Shown: positions 20,486 to 32,173 of the stretch, in pieces
How positions within the stretch are numbered: position 1 is the first letter of the stretch
Layout of the letters: every line of letters starts with the position of its first letter
Source of the DNA: Candidatus Bathyarchaeota archaeon
GTDB taxonomy: Archaea; Thermoproteota; Bathyarchaeia; 40CM-2-53-6
Reading direction: 5' to 3'
DNA: 64,000 nt
Assembly: GCA_963706285.1 (NCBI GenBank)
Contig: CAVPLU010000013.1
Span: 1-64,000, forward strand
Program-made: the position numbers and the translations under genes
The notes under the pieces: generated by a model
Database searches by the model: none
What the model saw: the letters and a program-made list of their open reading frames with translations, nothing else
Told to the model about the DNA's origin: nothing

Positions 20486-21746
20486 TTAGATAGGCGGCGA
20501 CATCACGTCTTCAGAGACGACGACCCCAGGCGGGATTGTTGCACCAGAAGCGATTCGGATACCTGGCATGATGGACGAGTTTATGCCGGTCTTCACGTTG
20601 TCGCCGGTTATCGTGCCCAGCTTCCTCAGATCCGTGTCGACGAGCACGTCCTTTATCCTCATGCGCACAGTCTTGTCGTTGAACTTGAGGTTCGCAACGA
20701 TGGTTCCAGCGCCTAGGTTGCAGCGTTCTCCGATAATGCTGTCTCCAACGTAGGAGAGATGCTCGATGCGCGTGTGATCCATAATTATGCTGTTCTTGAT
20801 TTCGCAGAAGTTGCCGATCTTGACTCCTTTTCCAATAGACGTGCCTGCACGCACGTGTGCAAATGGCCCCAAAATCGCGTCTTCTCCGACCCAAGCTGGC
20901 CCTTCGACGACTGTTCCTGTTCTGATAATGGCCCCCCTTTGGATCGCCACGCTGGCCTATGATTTTGGCACCTTTCTCGATTTTCCCAGCGCTCCTTCGG
21001 CGCGATCGCGCGAGAAGTTGGGCGTTTGCCAACAATGCCTCCCAAGGTCTTCCGATGTCAAGCCAGTCAGATTTTTCAATCATTGTCCAAGTTACAGGCG
21101 TTTCGCTTCTGGCCATGGAAGATATGGTGTCCGTTATTTCAAACTCACCTCTTCCTGATCGGACTGTTCTCTCCAGGTGATCAAATATGGATGGATTCAA
21201 CACGTAGATTCCAGTGTTAGCGAGGTTGGTTGGACTTCCTGATTGATCGGGTTTTTCAATGATTTCGATAAGTCGATCTCCCGATGTCTTTGCCATTCCA
21301 TAGGACTCGGGGTGCATAACTGGAACCAGTCCGACAGTGGGTTTGCCCCCTTTCCTCCGGTATGCGTCAACGACGCGCCGGATTGCGCGTGGGCTAACCA
21401 CAAGGTCGCCGTAAACCACTAGGAAGTCGTGACTCCCAACTCGATCCTTTGTCACGGAAATTGCATTGGCAGTCCCGGAAACATCAGCTTGGTTGACGTA
21501 CTCAACGGTGACACCCAGTTTCGCTCCGTCACCAATGTGTTTCTTGATGAGTTCGCCCCTGTATTGAGTAACGACTACAAGTGAGCGTATCCCTGCAGAC
21601 TTGATAGCGGATATGACATGCTCTATTATCGGCCTGCCGGCGATTGGTATCATGTGCTTTGACCTGTTTTCGGTTAATGGCCAAAGACGCACCCCCTTCC
21701 CTGCAGCAAGCACGACCGCCTTGAACGCCCCATTGGCATGTCTCAC
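20486..21746 (-). CDS. glmU: bifunctional sugar-1-phosphate nucleotidylyl/acetyltransferase, GlmU-like (+1 error near 20953)
   Basis: LAAGKGVRL, EKP, RGEFEITD; hexapeptide repeats and HLSYVGDS in the adjoining frame. Confidence 0.88.
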
Positions 21747-21832
21747 GCCTGATCCTCTCAGTACTATAGATTAGGATCTGATAGATGTCATTTGCCGAGT
21801 CATTTGACCGTGGCTCTTAAAAGCGCCGCAAG

Positions 21833-22123
21833 TTGAAAGCCTGCTTCTCCGGGAGAAAACGCTCATTGGCCTTCGACCTCGTCTCGTTCGTAGCGGGCAT
21901 TGCAGCAGGAGCGTTGATTGGCGTGCTTGCTGGATACCTTCACGAGACAGAGACCATCGGGGAGCTCCAAGAACGAGTTCGCATGGCCATGGTGCAGGTT
22001 GAGAGAATTACCTCTTCGACTCGCAGCAAAGCTGACGAGGGAACCGTCAGCTCAGATCTGCGACGGCAACTTCTGGATCTCCAGGACGAGATCAAAAAGC
22101 TGTACCGTAGGGAAGCCCGCTAG
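21833..22123 (+). CDS. small protein with N-terminal TM helix and coiled coil
   Basis: FVAGIAAGALIGVLAG followed by heptad-rich region. Confidence 0.6.
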   Translation: MKACFSGRKRSLAFDLVSFVAGIAAGALIGVLAGYLHETETIGELQERVRMAMVQVERITSSTRSKADEGTVSSDLRRQLLDLQDEIKKLYRREAR

Positions 22124-22758
22124 GCTTCTACAGCCTTAGGCTCTTCCATGATCTCAGCGGACTTGGCCACCACGCCCTCAGGGATCACGAGGAGCCTAGA
22201 CTTCCTGACTCCCACATGTCTCAAGGGGGAGACCTTCTTGGCAAGGTTGTAAACCTCGGAACCGAATATCCCCAGGACCATCTCGTGGCAGAGTTGGTCA
22301 TACGATAGATTAGTTGCCTTCTCTTCTACAGTCTTCCTCATTATGCTCCGGATCAGATGTTGTTGGTTAGCATTGACCCGATCTCTTGTGAACGCTACAA
22401 CCGACGCACGGGTAACGTATTGATCCTTGGAAGTCACGCTGAAGATTGCATCTATGCGAGTACTTCCTCGTCTTACCAAGCTACGAAGGTAGTCTGCTGA
22501 GTACTCATGTCCCTTCAGAATAGTCTCCGCTCGGATTCCCTTCACTTTCACGGCAAGAAAGTAGAGTTTGTGTGACTGGTGAGAGAAATCATTTGTAATA
22601 TCATATAGAGTCGTCTCGACCACTCGACCAATCAGCCTGCTTGGATCGCTGCAGGGAATTGACGCGACTTTCTTCTCACCGAAGTATGCAGGCGCGTAGA
22701 CATCATACCATTCTTTAGCCCGCCACTTATCCCTGACTTTCTTGGTAGCCTTGGACAA
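22120..22758 (-). CDS. rps3ae: 30S ribosomal protein S3Ae (eS1)
   Basis: DKWRAKEWYDVYAP, GRVVETTL, DYLRSLVRR. Confidence 0.96.
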   Translation of the reverse strand: MSKATKKVRDKWRAKEWYDVYAPAYFGEKKVASIPCSDPSRLIGRVVETTLYDITNDFSHQSHKLYFLAVKVKGIRAETILKGHEYSADYLRSLVRRGSTRIDAIFSVTSKDQYVTRASVVAFTRDRVNANQQHLIRSIMRKTVEEKATNLSYDQLCHEMVLGIFGSEVYNLAKKVSPLRHVGVRKSRLLVIPEGVVAKSAEIMEEPKAVEA

Positions 22759-22830
22759 TCTGTTATCACTGAGCGAAAACGCAGCATCCTCCGAAGGCTA
22801 TTAAACCTTTGGCGCGTCACAGCAGCCCGG

Positions 22831-23100
22831 TCAATGTCTCGCGCGTGCCTTGGATCTTTTCCATTTGGGTGACGATATCAATCCGTCAACTGCAATCAAA
22901 CAGAGCAGCAGGTCGTCAATAGTGGTCAGCAATGATTCGATGTCTTGTGCACCGGTTATCGCTGAGATCACTCGCCTTCCTGAAACTCGTGATCTGACGT
23001 AAAGGGGCTTGGGCGCAGCCCTGTTGTCTGCCTTCAAGGCCGCATCTATTGATCTTGCGGTCGAGAGATCAGGATAACGCATGCTGACTGTTGCTTTCAC
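22831..23100 (-). CDS. Pcc1-like protein (second paralogue)
   Basis: ALKADN...SLLTTIDDLL; conserved position between the DHH gene and rps3ae. Confidence 0.7.
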   Translation of the reverse strand: MKATVSMRYPDLSTARSIDAALKADNRAAPKPLYVRSRVSGRRVISAITGAQDIESLLTTIDDLLLCLIAVDGLISSPKWKRSKARARH

Positions 23101-24535
23101 CTTTTTTCACCTGCTCCAAGATCAAGCTGTCTATCATTCGATAGAACTCTACAATGTTTGTGGAGCGCACATGAGCTCCTGCCGCCACGTTGTGTCCTCC
23201 CCCGAAGCCTCCGTGAGCAGCTGCAGCTTTCTGAAGGACAAGACCGAGGTCTACTCCCTTCTTGAGCAAGGTTTGAGGCGCCCTTGCAGATATTTTCACC
23301 CCGCCGTCTCTGGATTTTGTCCCGACAATCGTTGCTTTGTTGGGTTTGAGATTCCCTGCGGAAGACAGAATCGATGAGAATGCGCCTGTCATGTTTTCTG
23401 CAATCTTCTCTTCTCCCCTCACCACGCAGACGGTCTCGAGTTCCATGATCGCAGAGGGTGTCTCGGCGAGCCATTCCATGTACTCCGCCAGCGTCTTTCG
23501 ATAGCGACCAACTACATCCTGCACCTCGTCCAGTACAGCACCCCGTTCCCCAAGACAGATCGATGCTGCTAATCCCTGTCGATCCATTCTGCCGCAGGCA
23601 TTCAGCATTGATGAGAATTCGCGTGCGTCTCGGGTTAAGCTTCCCGGGGGCTCGTTTATGATCGTGTACACAGTTCCAATAAGTTCGAGCGCTTTGTTTC
23701 CTTTGAAACCTTTTGACACAAGCAGGTCTACTATCGCGCTGAGCAGGGTTTGCTTCTCCTCGCGACTCAAGTCACTAGTCGTTCTCCATCGTTCCCCCAC
23801 TTTCAATGGTATTTTGTGAGACGCAAGCAATGCTGTACAGTTGTCTTCTTCCCCGCTCAGGTGCGGTAGGTAGGGAGTTGTCGTAAGCGCAAGTGCACGA
23901 TGTATAGGCCTGGTCTCTCTCCCGAAGAATAACAAGTCCTTGTCGGTTTTCAGGCATCCGCAATCAATTGCGTCTTGGACTGCGAGCTCGTTTGGGCCAC
24001 GAAGACGCCGCTCATTGTTCTTGTCCTGCATGTCACCAAGTGCCCCAACCACTGCGAGCACTGAGAGATCGGCGTTTGTTGAGGACATGTTACGAGCGAC
24101 AAGATAAGCAAGCCCAGCGGCGCTAATCTCAGTCGCCCCGTCGATTCCAAACTCATGAGGATTCACTTGGAACATTCCTGCCGCAGCATCTCCTGTGGGA
24201 GGATGATGATCGATGACTACGACCTCATGTTCTCCAGCGATTTTCGCCAGGGTGTCCAGGTACCCGCTACCTATGTCTGTAAGTACAAGCATGTCAGGCT
24301 CACATCGGAGGGCCTCATCCAGCGTTTCAGGATCCAGTTCTTTTATGACCCGGAGCTGGAAATTCGCTTTGGCCCGCGCGAGACTTGATCCCACGATACC
24401 GACCGCTGCCAATCCGTCGGCATCGTAGTGAGAAAGCAGAAGCATCTTTGAACCGTGAGAAGCTCTGTCCTTGAGGATTCCGGCCGCTTCTGCGGCCTTG
24501 GAAAGAAGACCTTCTAAATCAGGTTGAGACGACAT
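23069..24535 (-). CDS. RecJ-like DHH family phosphoesterase
   Basis: HYDADG, TDIGSG, IDHH, GALGD and GGGHNVAAG motifs. Confidence 0.92.
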   Translation of the reverse strand: MSSQPDLEGLLSKAAEAAGILKDRASHGSKMLLLSHYDADGLAAVGIVGSSLARAKANFQLRVIKELDPETLDEALRCEPDMLVLTDIGSGYLDTLAKIAGEHEVVVIDHHPPTGDAAAGMFQVNPHEFGIDGATEISAAGLAYLVARNMSSTNADLSVLAVVGALGDMQDKNNERRLRGPNELAVQDAIDCGCLKTDKDLLFFGRETRPIHRALALTTTPYLPHLSGEEDNCTALLASHKIPLKVGERWRTTSDLSREEKQTLLSAIVDLLVSKGFKGNKALELIGTVYTIINEPPGSLTRDAREFSSMLNACGRMDRQGLAASICLGERGAVLDEVQDVVGRYRKTLAEYMEWLAETPSAIMELETVCVVRGEEKIAENMTGAFSSILSSAGNLKPNKATIVGTKSRDGGVKISARAPQTLLKKGVDLGLVLQKAAAAHGGFGGGHNVAAGAHVRSTNIVEFYRMIDSLILEQVKKGESNSQHALS

Positions 24536-24537
24536 CG

Positions 24538-24996
24538 CTAGGCCACGGAGGCGGCCATCGGTTTGTATTCCCACTCCGGCTCCAGTCTGCCACGTGCCTT
24601 GTAATACTTCACGAGTCGATGAATCTTGGACTCCACTGTTGCTAGAGATCTTTTGTTATGGTAGTCCTTGCGGTTCTTTTCCATGTGCTTCCGCAATATT
24701 TGGGCTCTGCCGAATAGATTGTTAAGGTCTTCAGGGACTTTCGGATTCTGACCAGAAGCGCGAGCCAGCTGTGAGACCGTCTTACCGGTTACTGGTTTGA
24801 CGAGGGGGACCCCATGCTTGTCTCGGAGGATGGCTCCGATTAGACTTGGAGCGTTTCCTTCTTTCGCGAGTTTGGCTATTAGAGCCTCGACTTCTTCCGG
24901 CGTATACTTGAACCATGACGGAGGTTTCTTGTTAACGGGCCGCGTCGATCCCGATCGGCCTCGTTTGCTCGTATACAATCTAGCTAAGTTGGACAC
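24538..24996 (-). CDS. rps15: 30S ribosomal protein S15 (uS15)
   Basis: GRSGSTRP, IGAILRDKHG, PEDL, ESKIHRLVKYYK. Confidence 0.96.
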   Translation of the reverse strand: MSNLARLYTSKRGRSGSTRPVNKKPPSWFKYTPEEVEALIAKLAKEGNAPSLIGAILRDKHGVPLVKPVTGKTVSQLARASGQNPKVPEDLNNLFGRAQILRKHMEKNRKDYHNKRSLATVESKIHRLVKYYKARGRLEPEWEYKPMAASVA

Positions 24997-25108
24997 ACTC
25001 CAAGGATGTTCCAGTTCTGGATTTCGGTATTCGACCGCCCTGCTCTATTTAAGTCGTTCCCGTAGGCAGTTCAGATGAATCTACAATCAGGCGTTCTCAC
25101 AGTAAGAA

Positions 25109-25693
25109 TTACAGCAAATGGACCTGCGAGGCCAATAGCCATTTGGAGAGCTTCCTAAACGCGGCGGCTCTGTGAGAAAACTTGTTCTTCTCCTTGACAG
25201 TCATCTGAGCGAATGTTCTACCATTTCCCTTTGCTGGTTTGAAGATGGGATCGAATCCGAATCCGCCAATTCCTTGAGGACGTGAACCGATGTTCCCGGC
25301 CACTGATCCTGTGAAAAACCTGGGGCTACTCTGCGGCTCACAGAATGCTGCCACAGACAGAAACTTCGCGTTCCTGCGCGAAACGTTTTCCATCAACTTG
25401 AGAATTCCCTTCATGCCGAGACGTTTGTAGATGTCTGACGAGTACGGACCTGGAAATCCCTTCAGTTCATCTATGAAAAGACCTGAATCTTCAGCCACAA
25501 CCGAGATGCCAAGCCGGTTGGCTGCTTCCTCAACTGCATATGCAGCAATTTCAGATAGACTGTCAGACTGAATTTCGATCTTCGGAGCAGCAAGCATTCT
25601 TAGCTTCAGTCCCGAAACTGCAGCCACCGCTGCTGCTTCTCTGAACTTCCCCTTGTTAGAAGTCAGGAACCAGACTCGCTTGTGTTCTTTCAC
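25109..25693 (-). CDS. rdgB: non-canonical purine NTP pyrophosphatase (RdgB/HAM1)
   Basis: TSNKGKFRE, EDSGL, GFPGPYS, GFGFDPIF, SHR. Confidence 0.93.
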   Translation of the reverse strand: MKEHKRVWFLTSNKGKFREAAAVAAVSGLKLRMLAAPKIEIQSDSLSEIAAYAVEEAANRLGISVVAEDSGLFIDELKGFPGPYSSDIYKRLGMKGILKLMENVSRRNAKFLSVAAFCEPQSSPRFFTGSVAGNIGSRPQGIGGFGFDPIFKPAKGNGRTFAQMTVKEKNKFSHRAAAFRKLSKWLLASQVHLL

Positions 25694-26312
25694 TATACCT
25701 ACCTCTCGTTTCAATCTCATGCATCTTCTTTAGGACGAACCCTGCCTCTTCTCTCCCTGTGATTTGCTGATAACCATCGATTATGGCCTCGAAGGCTTTA
25801 TGATGCAACGCGAAATGTGTGCTTTTGAATGCTCTGCTCATCAGAAGTAGGTCCACACCTTTCGCCTCTACCTCGTTCGAGTAGTCACTCAATCCAAAGT
25901 CAATGAAGAACAGCTTTGCGTCACCTCGTAGTATCATATTCGATGTGGTGAGATCGCCATGTACAATGCCGCTCGAATGAAGGCGGCCAATCAGCGATCC
26001 AACAAGCACACACGTTCGCTTCAGAGCTGAATGATCCATCTTCGGGAGTGCCTCCTTCAGACGCGGGCCCTCTAGGTATTCCATTATGATTGTGCAGGTT
26101 GCCATGTCCATTTGATACACCGTGGGTGTGGGGACGCCCGCACGTTTCGAATCGTGAAGGATATGTGCTTCACGCGATGCCCGAGCTAGCCTAATTGAAG
26201 AATCGAGACGATCGACCCTGTACGATTTCGGGAGGCGAGTCTTCATGATCACCGGCTTGCCATGCCACTCCTGCAAGAATATGCTGGCCTCGGCTCCCTT
26301 GCGAATCAACAT
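25656..26312 (-). CDS. bud32: KEOPS kinase Bud32
   Basis: KGAEA, HGDLTTSN, IDFGL, VDL, RGRY. Confidence 0.95.
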   Translation of the reverse strand: MLIRKGAEASIFLQEWHGKPVIMKTRLPKSYRVDRLDSSIRLARASREAHILHDSKRAGVPTPTVYQMDMATCTIIMEYLEGPRLKEALPKMDHSALKRTCVLVGSLIGRLHSSGIVHGDLTTSNMILRGDAKLFFIDFGLSDYSNEVEAKGVDLLLMSRAFKSTHFALHHKAFEAIIDGYQQITGREEAGFVLKKMHEIETRGRYSERTQASLVPDF

Positions 26313-26319
26313 GACGGCC

Positions 26320-27333
26320 TCACCTCCATGGTATGTCTACTTCATCCAGTCGCCAGCGAGGCTTGACTTGACTTCGTTCAATCTCGATGAATAATTGAGA
26401 CCCGAAAGCCAACGTTCCTGTCCACGAAATCTGAGCGCCGCAGTCTCCCGCGAACTTGGGATCTACAGCTCGGAACGAAGCTGAGTGTTCTCCTGCGACA
26501 ATCTCGAGTTTCTTTCTGAGAACGGAATTGGAGGCGACGCCTCCTACGAGTAGAATCTCTCCTTTCTCGGTGTGTGCTAGGCTTCGCTCTACAGCTTCTG
26601 CGAGCATGGAGAATGAGACCTCTTGCAGCGAATAGCATAGATCCTCAACCGGCCGGCCTGACTGTAGTAGTTTCGTCGCGGCTGTGAGTAGGCCTGAATA
26701 GGAGACGTCGTTTCCTTTCACCGTATATGGAAGCTCTATGAAATTGCTGCTCGCAGCCGCGAGGCGTTCGATTTCCGGACCTCCCGGTGACGCAAGCCCA
26801 GCCGCACGGGCAAACATATCCAATAGATTTCCGAGGGTGATGTCTTCGGTTTCGCCATAGATTCTCCATCGGCGGTTCGCAAACGCGGCTATTGTGGTGT
26901 GCCCCCCAGAGAGCAAGACAACCAGCGGATCACGGGAACCAGTTGTGAGTGCACCGATCTCTATGTGACCGATCGCATGATGTACAGGAATCAACGGGAT
27001 TCGGAGTCTCGAAGCAATTGCCCTCGCTAGAGTTGCACCGATTCGTAGGGTTGGCCCAAGACCTGGGCCCAGCGCGATCGCGACCCCATCAAGTTTCTGT
27101 GCTGCAACTTTCGCGTCTCTGAACGCGTCTCGAATGACGGCGTCAGCTATTGATGAGTGATGCTGAGCTGCTTCTCGCGGATGTATCCCATGACCCTTAA
27201 CTGGGATGTATATGCGCTTGGCATCGGAGAGAATGCGACCTTCGTTGCTCGCAATGCTCGCACCGAATGTATGTGCTGTCGACTCGATGCCAAGGATCAA
27301 CGAGGCCATCTTGTTTCTCTCGTCTTGATTCAT
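26320..27333 (-). CDS. kae1: tRNA t6A37 threonylcarbamoyltransferase Kae1
   Basis: GIESTAHT, GIHPREAAQHH, HHAIGHIE, SGGHT. Confidence 0.96.
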   Translation of the reverse strand: MNQDERNKMASLILGIESTAHTFGASIASNEGRILSDAKRIYIPVKGHGIHPREAAQHHSSIADAVIRDAFRDAKVAAQKLDGVAIALGPGLGPTLRIGATLARAIASRLRIPLIPVHHAIGHIEIGALTTGSRDPLVVLLSGGHTTIAAFANRRWRIYGETEDITLGNLLDMFARAAGLASPGGPEIERLAAASSNFIELPYTVKGNDVSYSGLLTAATKLLQSGRPVEDLCYSLQEVSFSMLAEAVERSLAHTEKGEILLVGGVASNSVLRKKLEIVAGEHSASFRAVDPKFAGDCGAQISWTGTLAFGSQLFIEIERSQVKPRWRLDEVDIPWR

Positions 27334-27532
27334 TTCTCGTGATGAAGGCTAAATAGAAGTTGTCCGAGGTATAAGTTGGCCGCGGGTGGCTACTGTGACA
27401 GGTGACCGAGAAATCGAATTTCTTGCCTAGTTCCGCCCCTCCCAAATACATATCCGAGCCCGCAAGGTGTTGCAACACTGCTACCTTGAGTCTGCAGCAC
27501 GCAACGAGGATGCAATGTTTGGATGATCTGAT

Positions 27533-30500
27533 TTGAAACATGAGATCGGAGCAATAGCAAAGAAATACGAATGGAAAAAGCTCGAAGAGACCGTTCTCAG
27601 CCTCTGGAAGAAGACCAGAGCGTATGACCGAGTGAAGAGACAGAGATCTCGAGGTTCGAAGTTCTACTTTCTCGATGGCCCGCCCTTCCCTTCGTCAGAC
27701 ACGCCACACATTGGTACGTGCTGGAACAAGATCGTCAAGGATGTCGTACTTCGGTACAAACGATCGAGGGGTTTTGATTGCCGAGATCAGCCGGGATACG
27801 ATTGCCACGGCTTACCAATTGAGCTTGCGATCGAGAAGCAACACGACTTCAAGCAGAAACGAGATGTCGAAGCCTACGGTCTTGACAAGTTCGTTTCTGA
27901 ATGCAAGAATTTTGCGAACAATAACTCGAAAGCAATGAGTCGAATATTCTTCGATCTCGGAGTGTGGATGGATTGGAGCCATCCGTATCTCACGCACAAC
28001 GATGCATACATTGAATCTGCGTGGTGGACAGTCAAGAAGTCATACGAAGATGGCCTGTTGGAGCACGGCTTGAAGGTCGTGCACTGGTGTCCGCGATGCG
28101 AGACCGTCTTGTCAGATTATGAAGTTGTCTTAGAGTACCGAGAGCTAAGAGATCCATCGATTTATGTGAAGTTCCCAATCGAGGGACGCACGAACGAGTA
28201 CATCATAATATGGACCACCACACCTTGGACACTCCCATCAAACACCGCTGTCATGGTCCATCCCGAGTTTGAATACGCACGCGTGAGATGCAATGATGAA
28301 GTCTACATCATGGCAAAGGAGAGAATTTCACATGTCTCAGCCGAGACCGGAGCGAAGCTTCAGCTCATAGAAACCTTCAAGGGAGAAACGATCGACGGTC
28401 TGCGATATAGATCGCCCATCTCAGATATCGTTCCTGCACAGGCTCATCTGACGGGCGGTCACCGGGTGGTGCTTAGTGCCGAGTATGTGACTCTCGAGGA
28501 CGGAACCGGATGCGTGCATTCCGCGCCTGGCCATGGCGAAGAGGACTATGAAGTTGGCCGCCGAACCGGGCTGCCAGTTCTCATGCTGGTTGACAACCAA
28601 GGCAAGTTAGTTGCCGAAGCAGGCAAATATGCAGGGAAGTACGTCAAAGACGCAAACCCTGAGATAGTTGAGGATCTCAAGAAGAGAGGAGCCCTTCTCT
28701 TCGCCGGTGAGATAGTTCACAGGAGTCCTGTCTGCTGGCGATGCCACACACCGTTAATCATACGCGCCACGGACCAATGGTTCATCAAAGTCACCCAAAT
28801 GCGAGACAAGATGATTGCAGATATCGAAGCTACTCGATGGATTCCTGATTGGGCTGGGGCGAATCAGTTCCGCAATTGGCTTCAGGGACTACGAGACTGG
28901 GTCATTTCGAGGCAGAGGTTTTGGGGCACACCCCTGCCGATCTGGGCATGCGAGTCCTGCCAAAACAGACAAGTCATCGGCTCGCTGAAAGAACTCAAAG
29001 AAAGAAGTATTGGCACAAGAGTTCCGAAAGAACTCCACGTGCCTTGGGTTAACGAGGTCAAGCTCAAATGTGGCTGCGGAGGCGAGATGAAAAGATTGCC
29101 CGACGTGATGGTGGGCTGGTTCGATTCGGGAATCTCATCCTATGCCTGTCTCGGATATCCCAGGAACCGACATGAAGCGAAGAAATGGTGGCCGGCCGAC
29201 TTCATTGTAGAGGGACGCGATCAAATCTCAGGTTGGTTCTTCTCATTACTAAAAGCCGGGCTGGTCGCTTTCGGTGAGACCCCATACAAGACGGTGCTGA
29301 TGCACGGTTTCATGCTCGACGAGCAGGGACGCGAGATGCACAAGTCTCTCGGAAACTTCGTCGTCCCACAAGAGGCGATCACGCGATTCGGGCGTGACGC
29401 GCTTCGATTGTACGTGCTGCAGAATACGCCGTGGGAAGATCTGCGGTTCTCCTGGAAGATTCTTGAGCAGATCGCTGGGGACCTCCAAACGATCTGGAAT
29501 GTCTACGTGTTTGCTAGCACCTACATGAGCCTAGACATGTTTGATCCAACCAAACATCCGCCTGACAAGATGAGGTCGCAGATGAGAGACGAAGACCTTT
29601 GGCTCATGAGCCGCACTGAACGTACGATCGAATCTGTCACATTAGCAATGGAAAGTTATCGAATCCACGAGGCCGTCAGGGCCTTGAGGAGTTTCTTGAT
29701 CGATGATCTTAGCCACAGCTACATCCGGCTAGTAAGAAGACGGACATGGATTGAGAAAGAAAATCCTGACAAGCTGGCCGGCTACTCCGTCCTGTCCTAT
29801 GCACTTCGTCAAGCCGCAGTAATGATGGCGCCGTTCACTCCATTCGTCGCTGAGGCGCTTTACCAGGGAATGTTTCGACCGACCGAATCCAAATCTCACT
29901 TGACTATTCATGCACTTGATTGGCCAAGACCTAAAAGTGGTTGGCGGAACGAAAAGTTGGAGAAGCTATTCGACACTTCCCAGCGCATCATTTCTGCTGC
30001 AGCCATGGCGAGAATGAAGGCAGGTCTCAAGCTCAGGCAACCAGTAAGAACCGTTACCGTCGTAACGAGCAACGATGAAGTTCGCGACGCCGTGCAACAG
30101 ATGAAGCCCCTTCTACTTGATCAATTGAACTCTCGATCGTTGAATGTGGTTCCACCATCGGAATCAAGAGAGAAAGTTGTTGTCCGGGCTATTCCGAATA
30201 TGTCCATACTTGGCCCTGAACTCAAGTCACGCGCTGCAAAAGTGGCCGAAAACATAGCATCTATCGATCCCGTCGATCTCAGAAAGAGGCTGACAACGGG
30301 GAAGACCGAGATCGAAGTGGATTCTGAGAAGCTGACGATCTATGACAGGTACGTGAGTTTCGTCGAGGAAACGAAGGAAGACTCAACCCGCAGCTGACTT
30401 CGAGGGAGGGAGCGTGTCAATTGATACACTGCTGTCTTCAGAAGAGATAGCGGACGGACTCGCGCGTGACCTGGTGAGAAGAATCCAACAGATGCGCAAA

Positions 30501-30857
30501 GAGATGGACCTGAAGGTGGATGCTTTCGTCGATATCGATATCGTGGCACCAACAGCCGAAGCAGCATCATCAGTTCAGAGCAGAAAAGAGTACATCTCAG
30601 GCGAGGTTAGGGCGAGGGAACTTATGGTCCGAGAGTCCGATGCTGCGAGAGGGCACGGCCAACTGGTTAGGGACTGGTCAATCGGGCAAGACGCGTTCTC
30701 GATTGGGCTAACCAGGCACAAGGAGCACCCAATTTCTCGTCGCCCAACTCACCACCCTCACACTCGCCAGGCATCAAGCATCCGGTGGTCGCAAACGCAG
30801 AGCCTAACCTCACCGTTACAGCGAGAGCGGAGTATCAAGTCTATGTTTTTATCTTGA
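27533..30857 (+). CDS. ileS: isoleucine--tRNA ligase (+1 error near 30388; C-terminal end uncertain)
   Basis: DGPP..HIG, WTTTPWTLPSN, GTGCVHSAPGHG, DWVISRQRFWG, EMHKS; GLARDLVRRIQQMRK in the next frame. Confidence 0.95.
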
Positions 30858-30895
30858 CAGCGTACTTGCGCGGTCTGATATGTGGCTGGTGCGTC

Positions 30896-31816
30896 ATGAC
30901 CCGTCGGCGAAGAATCAGAGTGTCAAGTCTCGCTGCATTGGCCATGCTGGTCATCATGACGGCAGCGACAGGGGTTCAAATTGGACACGCGGCCACCTCA
31001 TCAAACCTATCGGTCACTTCCTCGGGAACTGTGTTTACGGCATCTCGAAACAACACACTGGCAATGGAGATATCCAACGTTGGCAAGTACCTGAAAGATC
31101 TCGATATTGCTCTCGCAATACCGCCGCCGCTGGTTCTGTTTGGCGACAACCACTGGATCAGGTCATCATTCTCCCCAGGAGAGTCAATAGATGCCAATCT
31201 CACGGTGTTTGCTCCGTCTTCTGCTGCAGGCCTTACGCTGCAAGGTAGCATAGTGGCCACTTACAAGGTCAGTGGCGAGACAACGCCGTCAACAGAGACA
31301 CATGCAATTTCCTTCTTGGTTCGCGGATGGATCGACCTCAAGGTGTACGAGATTATCGTGGAACCGGATCCTGTGTTGCCCGGTCAGGAGATAACGATCT
31401 CAGGAAACATTCTAAACCGGGGAGTGATCGCCGCAATGTATGCAAACGTCACTATGGATCCTGATCAGACCTTTTCTGAGGGATCTGTTAAGCCAACATA
31501 TGTTGGACAAATCGATCCGAACGCACCAGCGCCATTCAGCGTGACAGCTGTAGTCGATTCAACATTGTCCGAAGGAATCCACGAGGCGACAATCTCAGTG
31601 TATTTCAAAGATGACGTTCAGATTGATCATGCTATCCAGATTCCGATCAGTTTCACCGTCGTCTCGAAACTCCCGACCACAGAAACAACAAGAACAAGCA
31701 TAACGAGTGAGTTGCTCTCAAACCAAGTCGTCATGCTCGGTCTTCTGGCAGCCATCATCCTTGTCATTATCGGCGTATTCTTGCGCAGAAAGCGTAAGCG
31801 TACGGATTCCAACTGA
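30896..31816 (+). CDS. secreted Ig-like/S-layer domain protein (COG1361-like) with C-terminal TM anchor
   Basis: Signal peptide, ISGNILNRG..A, YVGQIDPNAPAPF, TM helix plus RRKRKR tail. Confidence 0.7.
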   Translation: MTRRRRIRVSSLAALAMLVIMTAATGVQIGHAATSSNLSVTSSGTVFTASRNNTLAMEISNVGKYLKDLDIALAIPPPLVLFGDNHWIRSSFSPGESIDANLTVFAPSSAAGLTLQGSIVATYKVSGETTPSTETHAISFLVRGWIDLKVYEIIVEPDPVLPGQEITISGNILNRGVIAAMYANVTMDPDQTFSEGSVKPTYVGQIDPNAPAPFSVTAVVDSTLSEGIHEATISVYFKDDVQIDHAIQIPISFTVVSKLPTTETTRTSITSELLSNQVVMLGLLAAIILVIIGVFLRRKRKRTDSN

Positions 31817-32173
31817 CACGAGAATCCTTAGGAGCCGCTCACAAAAAGAGCCCGTTCGTAAGTCGAGTCAACTCATGTTGACATCGCAGACTCCGTTCAG
31901 AGATGCGATGACAACTGTAGCCACATTCCCAGCAGTCTTTGTTGCATCATCGATAGTTCATGCATTTTCAGCTGCTGACTAGGTTTCTCCTGGGAGCATC
32001 CTTGTGCAGACCAGGCGATGAGCGTAGTCAGAGACACATCAAGTAATCAACCTGCTGGCGATAGGGTCTGCACAAGAGGCGCAGGTCTCTATACAGCGCA
32101 TATTATAGGCCGCTCAAGGCAATTCGCGTTGAGCATTCTATTGCAGCAAGCGTCGAGAAAACAGAAAAGTGAA

